Program-made: the position numbers and the translations under genes
DNA from: Terracidiphilus sp.
GTDB taxonomy: Bacteria > Acidobacteriota > Terriglobia > Terriglobales > Acidobacteriaceae
DNA: 64,000 nucleotides
Direction of reading: 5' to 3'
Assembly (NCBI GenBank): GCA_050012015.1
Contig: JBEKHZ010000003.1
Location: 332,970-396,969 of the forward strand
Shown here: one piece after another, positions 29,184 through 36,769 of the stretch
Numbering within the stretch: the first letter of the stretch is position 1
Layout of the letters: each line of letters starts with the position of its first letter
The notes under the pieces: model-generated
The model's input: the letters and a program-made list of their open reading frames with translations, nothing else
Databases searched by the model: none
Told to the model about the DNA's origin: nothing

Positions 29184-29231
29184 CCGGAAGGTAGCCGGGG
29201 GTTGTGGGTTCGATTCCCGCCTCGCCTGCCA
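29184..29231 (+). pseudogene. orphan tRNA 3' fragment (possible long variable arm + T-arm + 3' acceptor strand + encoded CCA)
   Basis: CCGG-AAGGTAG-CCGG, then GTGGG-TTCGATT-CCCGC (T-arm), then CTCGCCT-G-CCA. No complementary 5' acceptor strand ([A/G]GGCG[A/G]G) was found within 400 nt upstream. Confidence 0.5.
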
Positions 29232-29513
29232 CTTAACATCTATAGTCTGTTGGAATTGGTCTTTATTTGCCCTCTCCCTGCCGGCTTCAGAATCGTCCCC
29301 CTGTCCGTTGCGTTTGCGTGCGTCTCTACATGCACTCCCGCAAATACTACTTATAACAAGTGAAGGATTTGGTTACGTTATCGGCCACGCACGTCTTTCC
29401 GAACTGCGAGGCCTGCTTGATCATATTCCCAGCTCCGGATGGCGATGTGCCTCCTGATCAGGTAGCGATCCAATGGCTGCAAGTAATTGATGCGTATTGC
29501 CGCAGTCCACTAA

Positions 29514-30329
29514 TCAATAAGTAACGGTGACAGTAATCGTATCGGAGTAAGAACCCGGTGTGGGATACAGCGCCGCGGCAACTCGGCCATAGACAGTAAG
29601 CGCCTGGGCCGTCCCATTGCCGGTCCCACTCACCCAATTGGTGGCTGCGCTATTGCCCCAGTTTGTGGTTCTTCCGGAGTTCGAGTAGAGCGCGTAGGGC
29701 AGTAAAGCCGTTCCATTTTGCATCTTCCGGGTGGTCACGGTGGCGCCTGTTGCCAGTCCTGCACTAAGCCCGACGGTATATGGCGTAGTGTTGGTACAGG
29801 TGACTGTTACGGTGGATGTCGCGTTGTTTACTGCGCCAGTGTAGTTTCCGAATACCATATTCGTGGCGGTGACCCCACAGTCTTTGAGCAAGGTCGCGGT
29901 GACGCTGAAATTAGTAGTGGCGGTAGAGAGCGTATCAGTGTATGTGCCTGGAGCGACATATTGTCCCGCCGGGATTTGACCGTAGAAAGTAACCGTTGCG
30001 TTGCCGGTTCCGGTCAGCTCGGTGCCGGTGGTGTTGCCCCAGTTGATGGTCCGCGCGGCATCCTGGAATACCTGGTAGGCCAACTCGGCGCCACCAGGGC
30101 CGGTCATGTACCGGGTTGTTTCGGTCGCGCCTGCACCCGTCCCGGCATCGAGGGGAATATCCCACGCGCCGGCGCAGACAACCTTACCGGTAGCAGTGCC
30201 GTTTAGCACCGCGCCGGTGTAATTGCCAAAGCTCATGCTGGTGACCGTGAGTGTGCAGGTCTGTGCCGCCGCCGGCCAAGCGCCAATAGTAAGTAGGAAG
30301 AGTGCCGCCAATGCGAATCTTTGCATCAT
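29514..30329 (-). CDS. two-domain spore-coat-U (SCPU) protein, distal/tip subunit position (CsuE position)
   Basis: Two tandem SCPU domains (…MSFGNYTG…, …MVFGNYTGAVNNATSTVTVTCTN…TVTVTY). GGAGG RBS and an ATGA overlap with the usher stop. Confidence 0.8.
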   Translation of the reverse strand: MMQRFALAALFLLTIGAWPAAAQTCTLTVTSMSFGNYTGAVLNGTATGKVVCAGAWDIPLDAGTGAGATETTRYMTGPGGAELAYQVFQDAARTINWGNTTGTELTGTGNATVTFYGQIPAGQYVAPGTYTDTLSTATTNFSVTATLLKDCGVTATNMVFGNYTGAVNNATSTVTVTCTNTTPYTVGLSAGLATGATVTTRKMQNGTALLPYALYSNSGRTTNWGNSAATNWVSGTGNGTAQALTVYGRVAAALYPTPGSYSDTITVTVTY

Positions 30330-32962
30330 GGTTTTACCTCCACGCAATGCAACGGCCCGATCGAGGGGATTTCTCCGGGCATGGGTTTGTAGTCGAAGGT
30401 GACAGTACAGTGCCGCCCTTTCGGCAACTCAACGAGAAGTTCGTTGTGGGGGCCGAGGTCCTCAACGTATGCATCGCCGTCAAATCCTATCGGGACAACG
30501 GCGCCGGTAGCCTTCAGGGTAGCGGCGCTGCCCAGCGGCAGCGGAACTCCAGCCTCATCGACCAGCCGCAGCAATGCGGCATGGCTGAATTTAATCGGGA
30601 ACTTGACCACTACGCCAGAGAGATCCCGGGGCCTGATATCACGTACGGCAATGTCAACCGTAACGTCAGCCGGAATATCGGTCGGCTCAATGGTAATATG
30701 ATTCAGCTCGTACGAACGCATATCCGGCACCAGCAGCCGCCCCGAAGAGTTGGTGCGGCCCACGTCGCGGTTTTCCTGCTGGACGTGTACGTGCGCAATG
30801 GGACTGGTGTCTACAACGGCGAAGCTGTCATAGACCCAGTTGGACGGAAACAGGGCGTGGTCGACGAACGAGAGTGCTCCCTGGGCTTCCAGGCGCACTG
30901 TTGTTTGCCCGGCGGAACGGTCAACGCCGGCCGTAAACAGGCCCACGGGCGATTTGTATTGCCCCTGGGCGAATATGTGAGTGCCGTTGCCGGCGGAAAC
31001 ATAGGCATCATAGCCCCAATCGCCAACCTGCGGCGCTGACCTCTGGGCCTGCGCCTGTCCAGTGCCGGCTGAGGCTCCACTCAAGGAAATCGAGCTATGC
31101 TTGCCGAACGGAATGGTCACGCCGACTTGCAACCCGTTGTTGCCGGTATTCACCAGGTCGCGAAACTCGTTGGCATAGATCGACATGTGGTGCATCTGGA
31201 CAGAATAACTGGCGGAGAAGATCTTGGAGTGCTGGGCCGAATTAGAACCCGGCGGAATCGGGTTGGGTGAGTTGTCCTGATCGAGACTCGTATATGCGGC
31301 GCCCACTGAGCCGATGTGCTTCAGGTTTACGCTGGTGTTGCCGCTGAGCTGCTTCCGCGTAACAGCGGCGCCATTCATTGCCGCGATGTCTCTGAAGTTG
31401 CGGCCGGCGATGATTGCGGAGGCTCCCACGCTGAAAACCCTGCCGATGCGCTGAGCTCCCGCGGAGTATAGCGCGCTGGTGGTTCCCGAGCCGGAGCTTG
31501 CCGCCGCCGCGAAATTAACCACGCCGAGATGGCCGACCTGCAATACGCCGCCCGCCCCCTCAGTGTACGCGCCGGGCGTGTCTTCAATACTGCCCTCGAT
31601 AGTAAACTTCCGGGTCAGGCCGCGGCGGAAGATGGCGCTGCCCGCCATCTTCCCGTAGATGTTGCTGTACGAGCCCCAAAAGCGCCGCGCCAGGCCAACA
31701 TCCACGGCGAAGGTCTGCAAACCGGGGACCAGCAGCGATGTGCTGGCGTAGAAGGGTTGATTCACGGTCACTTGTTGACCCAGCGCATTGGTCATCGTCA
31801 TCGTGATCGTGCCCGCTCCCGATATCACCGGGAGCTGCGGAACCTCGAAGGGGCCGGGGGCTACCTGTTGCGTCATCATCAGGTTGCCGTTCGTCAGCAC
31901 GGATATCGTAGAGGGCACCCCGGCCGAGCCGGTGACATTGGGCAGGGGAAATGTGATCAGATCGGGGCGCGTGCTGAAATCAGAGCGGAGTTGTGCGCCT
32001 TCCAGGTGAACCGGACGGGTCCAGGACAAGCCGCTGGTGATGAAGTCGCCCAGGCTATAGCGCCGCAGTTTATTGGCGTCGGCAAAGGTGTAGACCGAAT
32101 CCAGGCGCACTGTGGTGTTTGTGCCTGATGCGCACATGGCTGCGCCTGTATAGGCAAGCCAATTCGAGCTTACGATGCCCTTGGGCGTAAAGGCCCGTAG
32201 ATTCAGAGATCCGATGCCGCTGGCCTGACCGCCGGCAAATGTGCCGGTGAAATCGTAGTTGAACGTCAAGCCCGTGCCGCTCTCGATTATTCGACGGCCT
32301 CCAGGCTCTTCTCTGCCATAGAAGTTCAACATCGTCGGCAGCAGGGCGCTATCGCTGGCTGTCACGCGTAGTATCAGGTTCTCCTGATCGACGGTATAAG
32401 TCACCCCCGGCAGGTCAGATAAAGCGATAAGGCCTCCGGTTTCAGAGGCGTTAGACAGGGGAACCCTGAAGCCGAGGTTGTGCAGTTCGTCCGGCCGCGC
32501 CATCAGCCTGCCGCGACGCAGGGAGAATTCGCCGATCTTACCGATGGAATGACCGTTGACATAAACTTCCATAAGCAGTGTCTCAGTAGGCACTGCGGCA
32601 GCCCCCGAAGCTGCGCCGGGGACTGCGCTGGGTTCTGCATTGGGATCAACCGCGTTAGGGTCCGAGTCGTTGGGGTTTGCGCTTGGGGTTGTGCGGGGGG
32701 CTGTGCTAGGTGCTGTACCAGGAGCAGTGCTGGGTGCAGTACTGGGTGCAGTGCTGGGTGCGGAACTTGGTGCAGTGCTTGGGGCGGAACTGGAAGCGGA
32801 GCTGGAAGCAGAACTGGAGGTTGCGCTGGTAGCGGCGCACAGCCGCGGCACGATTGTCAGCAGAAGTAAAAGGCTCCCTGCATAGAGGAAACATCTGGCT
32901 GCCGCGCGCCTCGAATCATGGTAGCCCAACAACGCGAACCTGTTGATCGATAGTGCCTGCAT
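30326..32962 (-). CDS. fimbrial outer-membrane usher (CsuD-like) with Ser/Thr/Ala/Pro-rich N-terminal extension
   Basis: 878 aa. Usher-like beta-barrel body (…LMEVYVNGHSIG…, plug and C-terminal domains), preceded by ATSATSSSASSSASSSAPSTAPSSAPSTAPSTAPSTAPGTAPSTAP. Confidence 0.9.
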   Translation of the reverse strand: MQALSINRFALLGYHDSRRAAARCFLYAGSLLLLLTIVPRLCAATSATSSSASSSASSSAPSTAPSSAPSTAPSTAPSTAPGTAPSTAPRTTPSANPNDSDPNAVDPNAEPSAVPGAASGAAAVPTETLLMEVYVNGHSIGKIGEFSLRRGRLMARPDELHNLGFRVPLSNASETGGLIALSDLPGVTYTVDQENLILRVTASDSALLPTMLNFYGREEPGGRRIIESGTGLTFNYDFTGTFAGGQASGIGSLNLRAFTPKGIVSSNWLAYTGAAMCASGTNTTVRLDSVYTFADANKLRRYSLGDFITSGLSWTRPVHLEGAQLRSDFSTRPDLITFPLPNVTGSAGVPSTISVLTNGNLMMTQQVAPGPFEVPQLPVISGAGTITMTMTNALGQQVTVNQPFYASTSLLVPGLQTFAVDVGLARRFWGSYSNIYGKMAGSAIFRRGLTRKFTIEGSIEDTPGAYTEGAGGVLQVGHLGVVNFAAAASSGSGTTSALYSAGAQRIGRVFSVGASAIIAGRNFRDIAAMNGAAVTRKQLSGNTSVNLKHIGSVGAAYTSLDQDNSPNPIPPGSNSAQHSKIFSASYSVQMHHMSIYANEFRDLVNTGNNGLQVGVTIPFGKHSSISLSGASAGTGQAQAQRSAPQVGDWGYDAYVSAGNGTHIFAQGQYKSPVGLFTAGVDRSAGQTTVRLEAQGALSFVDHALFPSNWVYDSFAVVDTSPIAHVHVQQENRDVGRTNSSGRLLVPDMRSYELNHITIEPTDIPADVTVDIAVRDIRPRDLSGVVVKFPIKFSHAALLRLVDEAGVPLPLGSAATLKATGAVVPIGFDGDAYVEDLGPHNELLVELPKGRHCTVTFDYKPMPGEIPSIGPLHCVEVKP

Positions 32963-33662
32963 TAGATTGCGCCGTTAATCGCAAAGTATCGTTCGCTGGC
33001 GGCAGGGTCCCTTGCGCGGCAATGACCCAGCGCCGTGTGGCACCGGCGAGAATGTAGGGAAGTCCGCTTGTCTCTGGCTTCAGCTTGCGGCCATCACTCG
33101 TTGTCAGCTCGATGTCGCGAATCACTTCATGGCGAAGTCCATCGTTGATCGCCACGAAAAAGAGCTTTCCGGCATCGAGCTCGAGGTGGAATACAACATG
33201 AGGTTCTGTGCGAGTCGTAGGCAGGGCAAAAATTGGAATCGACAGGCGCAGCACCATATTCACCACTCCCGGCTGGGCCGGAGGTGGAATCTGGTCGATA
33301 AGAATGCGGTAGGTAGCCTCTCGTCCCTTCGGCGGCTGGCGCAAAATAAGGCGAATGACCTGTGTAGCTCCCGGCGCCATCCTGGCAAGTGGCGGACTTG
33401 CCACTATTAAGTCAGAGGCCGTGAGCTTGTCGATCCCTTCAGGCTGGTTCCAGGCGTAGGCGCGAATCTGGATGGCAGTCTCGCTTGTCCCCTGGTTGGT
33501 CACCGTCAGGCTCGTCGCCTTCTGTCCGGGTGCAAGGAAAATGTTGACAGGCAAAACCGACAGCGCTTGCGCGCTGGCCCCAAGGCTGGTCAGCAAAAAG
33601 AAAAGAACGGCGGCGGCCGCAGAGGCCGCCGCCGTAAGTCGACATGGATTCCGCGTAATCAT
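32916..33662 (-). CDS. periplasmic pilus chaperone (PapD/CsuC-like)
   Basis: Signal peptide, then LSVLPVNIFLAPGQKATSLTVTNQG...IQIRAYAWN..., a two-Ig-domain chaperone pattern. Confidence 0.85.
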   Translation of the reverse strand: MITRNPCRLTAAASAAAAVLFFLLTSLGASAQALSVLPVNIFLAPGQKATSLTVTNQGTSETAIQIRAYAWNQPEGIDKLTASDLIVASPPLARMAPGATQVIRLILRQPPKGREATYRILIDQIPPPAQPGVVNMVLRLSIPIFALPTTRTEPHVVFHLELDAGKLFFVAINDGLRHEVIRDIELTTSDGRKLKPETSGLPYILAGATRRWVIAAQGTLPPANDTLRLTAQSNAGTIDQQVRVVGLP

Positions 33663-33692
33663 GGAGTCCTGAGTTGCAAGCGCGGCTAACGG

Positions 33693-34211
33693 TTAATAGT
33701 TGACAGTGACGGTGATCAAATCGCTGTATGTGTCGATGTTCAGAACTTGCCCCGCTGGGACCGCGCCATAGACGTTGATTGACTGGGAGGAGCCTGAACC
33801 CGTGCCTGACACCCAATTGGAGCCGGCGTCATTGCCCCAGTTATTCCCCGCATAACTAACCGAAGTGATCGTATAGTTCAGGTGGTTAGCGCTGTTGTTG
33901 GTGCCAGCCATATACCGGGCCGAGTAGTTCGCGCCGCCCGCTTGTCCTGCATTAAGGCCGACACTGTACTGCGTGTTGTTTGTGCATGTCACCGAAATGC
34001 TGGTTGTGACCTGGATTGCTGTCCCATTGTAGGTACTGAAAGGCAGAGGGTTAGTGCTGACTGTACAGTAGGCCACAATATCCGCAGAGACGGCAATCGT
34101 GGCTGTGGATGTGTTGCTGTATGCGAAGACCGGTGTTGAAGTCAGGCCCAGCGCCAGGATGCTAATAACGGCGATGGACAATACGGAGAGTACAGTTTTC
34201 GACCTTTTCAT
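33693..34211 (-). CDS. SCPU-domain pilin subunit
   Basis: Signal peptide plus an SCPU fold ending ...YSDLITVTVNY. AGGAG RBS. Confidence 0.85.
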   Translation of the reverse strand: MKRSKTVLSVLSIAVISILALGLTSTPVFAYSNTSTATIAVSADIVAYCTVSTNPLPFSTYNGTAIQVTTSISVTCTNNTQYSVGLNAGQAGGANYSARYMAGTNNSANHLNYTITSVSYAGNNWGNDAGSNWVSGTGSGSSQSINVYGAVPAGQVLNIDTYSDLITVTVNY

Positions 34212-34466
34212 TGAGACAATGACTCCTTGAAAAACAGGATTTGGAGGACTTGAAGAGATTATTGCTCCGAATTATTTTCTTTGGCAATAGCAAATGTGTT
34301 TTTAGCAGGTTTTAATTCCGTTCCATAAGTTTCAAATGAAATTACTAATAAACATTTCGCGGCATTACCTTTGGGTTTGCATGCAAAATTAAAAACGTAA
34401 TGAGAACTCGGAAACAGCGCCCCAGCGCTTGCAGTAAGACGAATAAACAGAGAAGATGACGCAACT

Positions 34467-34488
34467 CCTCAGGCTTTTTTGCCTGAGG
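34467..34488 (-). terminator. 8-bp stem-loop (CCTCAGGC-N6-GCCTGAGG) after the second pilin gene; possible attenuator
   Basis: Perfect hairpin about 23 nt downstream of the stop at 34511, with no clear T-run after it. Confidence 0.35.
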
Positions 34489-34510
34489 AATCGGGTAGCC
34501 AGTCAGCTGG

Positions 34511-35020
34511 TCAATAAGTTACGGTGACGGCGATCGTATCGGCGTAAGAGCCGGGTGTCACATACTGACCCGCAGGAATCTGGCCGTAGACGGTGAGATT
34601 CTGGGCAGCCCCGTTGCCGGTCCCGCTCACCCAGTTGGTGACGGAGGTATTGCCCCAGTTGGTCGTCCACGTGCCGTTCGAGAACAGGCCATAGTTCAGC
34701 AAGGCCGCTCCATTTTGCATCTGCCGGGTGGTCACGGTAGCGCCGGTCGCCAGGCCTGGGCCAAGTCCGACAGTGTATGTCGTTGTATTGGTGCAGGTAA
34801 CCGTGACGGTGGATGTGGAGGTATTAACCGCGCCGGTATAATTTCCGAAGGCCATGGCGGTGGCGGAGACTATGCAGTCTTTGAGCACAGTCGCGGAGAC
34901 GCCAAACGTTGTAGTTGCCGGGTCGGCTTGTGCAACGGCTGGTGCGGAAGCAAGGCCCAGGGCCAGGAATCCCAGAATGGCGGCAGACAGGGTGAACTTC
35001 ACAGTATTTGAGTACTGCAT
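34511..35020 (-). CDS. SCPU-domain pilin subunit (candidate major subunit)
   Basis: ATG at 35020 preceded by AGGAG. Signal peptide ...ASAPAVAQA. The SCPU domain ends ...ADTIAVTVTY. The upstream extension in the track is AT-rich non-coding sequence. Confidence 0.85.
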   Translation of the reverse strand: MQYSNTVKFTLSAAILGFLALGLASAPAVAQADPATTTFGVSATVLKDCIVSATAMAFGNYTGAVNTSTSTVTVTCTNTTTYTVGLGPGLATGATVTTRQMQNGAALLNYGLFSNGTWTTNWGNTSVTNWVSGTGNGAAQNLTVYGQIPAGQYVTPGSYADTIAVTVTY

Positions 35021-35172
35021 TGAAGTGGCTCCTAAAAAAGAACGCGATTTGTAGACATTATTACGCCTAATTAATTTATTTAGCAATATAGAATTGTGTT
35101 TTTTTATATGGACATAGTACATCTTTAGTGTCATTTAAGAGGGAAAAGGTAATGCCCCGGGGATGCCGCCGG

Positions 35173-35586
35173 TCAGTAGGTGATTGTGACAGTAACCAAA
35201 TCGGCGTTCGTACCGGGCATGTCGTGCTGTGCCCCTGCGGGCTGGCCAGAAGCGGCGTCTTGCTGGGGAGATCCGGTACTGGTTCCGGGCTCAGTACCAG
35301 TATCGGTTCGCTTCCGCGTAGTCACGGTTACATTGGGCGCTGGGTCTGTACGGTAGCTGACATTGTATGGCGTGGGCATGGTGCAGTTAACCGAGACGGG
35401 GGACGCCGCGTTCGCCCTCGCGGCTGTGTAGGATCTGGAAGCTGTGGCAGGGGCAGAGATCTGGCAGGAGGACACAACCGTCGCGGTAACGCTGAATGAG
35501 GCGGTTTGAGTCGCTGCAAGTACCGGTCTTGAAGCCAGAGCAGATGCCAGAAAACCCAATGCGAACGCCAGGGTGAAGTATTTCAT
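35173..35586 (-). CDS. SCPU-domain pilin subunit (first gene of the operon)
   Basis: MKYFTLAFALGFLASALASRPVLAA signal peptide, ...SFSVTATVVSSCQISA...LVTVTITY. Confidence 0.8.
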   Translation of the reverse strand: MKYFTLAFALGFLASALASRPVLAATQTASFSVTATVVSSCQISAPATASRSYTAARANAASPVSVNCTMPTPYNVSYRTDPAPNVTVTTRKRTDTGTEPGTSTGSPQQDAASGQPAGAQHDMPGTNADLVTVTITY

Positions 35587-35850
35587 GGATGTTGCTCTTT
35601 TCAAGAGCTCGGAAGCACGCCCTGAGTAAAGTCATCGACTGTTTTTGGCGGGACTTTAATGGCCGGCGATACCCAGGTTTTGATCGCAGGCTTTATCTGA
35701 GCGCGGAATTCTAATGAAAAGGGAGAGGCGAATTTTCATTCTTACGGAGAGAGATTCGGAGTGTGTGAGCCATTTTTAAGATGGGAAGATTCTAGTAAGT
35801 GCCATACGACATGGGCTTCAGTATCAACATTCCACTAAGGGTAAAGGCGC

Positions 35851-35950
35851 AACGCCCGTTCCGCTGGCGCTACTCTTGGGTGTATTCTTCAAGACTCAAT
35901 TACTAATCTATTGCAAATACACGTCTAACAATCTGATATGAATCCACTCC
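35851..35950 (+). repeat. copy B of the ~100-bp dispersed repeat
   Basis: Same orientation and ~85% identity to 18674-18772. It lies in the 490-bp non-coding gap upstream of the pilus operon. Confidence 0.75.
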
Positions 35951-36098
35951 ACATATCCGTGCACAATCGGGTCTTTGGCCTTGTAACCAACACAAAAAGA
36001 TCACGAGCGAAGGCAAATGGGGGGTATATTGGTTCACAGCCGAAAAGTAAAACGGAAATTCCGGTATGCTGCGAAAATCCTGACGGTCGGAGCGAGCA

Positions 36099-36725
36099 AT
36101 GAGCATCATGACGCAGTGGCGCAACCCGACAGGCTGGCTCGGCAGATTGTTGCTGCGAGGAATGAACATCACGCATTCCGGACTGACCAACTGGGGTCTG
36201 ACGCATGTCGCGATCCGCAAGTGCGATGCGATTCTGGACGTGGGCTGCGGTGGGGGGAGGACCGTTCAGAAGCTCGCGGGAATCGCTGCCAGCGGTAGGG
36301 TCTACGGTATCGATTCCTCCGAGGCGAGTGTCATAGTATCCCGTAGGGCCAACAAGCAGTTCATAGAGACGGGCCAGGTCGAGATTCGGCACGGTTCCGT
36401 GTCTTCTTTGCCGTTCCCGGATTCCGAGTTCGATCTCGTCACTGCTGTCAATACCCACTGCCACTGGCCGGACCTCGTAGCCGGCATGAAGGAGGTCTTG
36501 CGCGTACTCCGGCCCGGCGGCACGCTGATGATCCTGGCAGGAGCCTACAAAGGCGGGAGACACAGTGCCCTAAACGAGAGGTTCGTGCAGCTGATAAACG
36601 TCGCTTGCCAAAGCCGCGATGAACTCGGGGGACTCTTGGCTGCGGCAGGCTATTCAGGTGTCCAGGTGTTCGAGGAAGTTCGCAGGGGTTGGATCTGTGG
36701 CGTAGGCAGAAAACCCCGTCTGTAA
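36099..36725 (+). CDS. class I SAM-dependent methyltransferase
   Basis: ILDVGCGGGRTVQKLA (motif I), VTAVNTHCHWPD, LRPGGTLMI. Confidence 0.8.
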   Translation: MSIMTQWRNPTGWLGRLLLRGMNITHSGLTNWGLTHVAIRKCDAILDVGCGGGRTVQKLAGIAASGRVYGIDSSEASVIVSRRANKQFIETGQVEIRHGSVSSLPFPDSEFDLVTAVNTHCHWPDLVAGMKEVLRVLRPGGTLMILAGAYKGGRHSALNERFVQLINVACQSRDELGGLLAAAGYSGVQVFEEVRRGWICGVGRKPRL

Positions 36726-36769
36726 GATATCCTGTTGATAGCGAGGGAACATAAAGAAAGGGTTTTTGT

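Noticed and set aside
29100-29240. Possible complete tRNA or tmRNA at the T-arm/CCA sequence
   Set aside because: No 5' acceptor strand complementary to CTCGCCT lies within tRNA or tmRNA distance. The candidate anticodon loop AAGGTAG lacks U33. The G3:U70 pair required for tmRNA alanylation is not possible. It is kept only as a 3' fragment.
28978-29457. Plus-strand ORF of 159 aa spanning the esterase 3' end, the tRNA fragment and the gap
   Set aside because: It overlaps the esterase stop region out of frame and reads through the tRNA-like sequence. It has no RBS and no similarity to any family I recognise. I also looked for an integrase remnant here and could not support one.
32640-32830. 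Periodic 12-nt repeats considered as a CRISPR-like or VNTR array
   Set aside because: The period is far too short and there are no spacers. The repeats are in frame within the usher ORF and encode an STAP-rich linker.
35903-36563. Minus-strand ORFs 35925..36563 (212 aa) and 35903..36220 (105 aa) next to dispersed repeat copy B
   Set aside because: They overlap the well-supported plus-strand methyltransferase and extend into non-coding repeat DNA. They have no domains or RBS.
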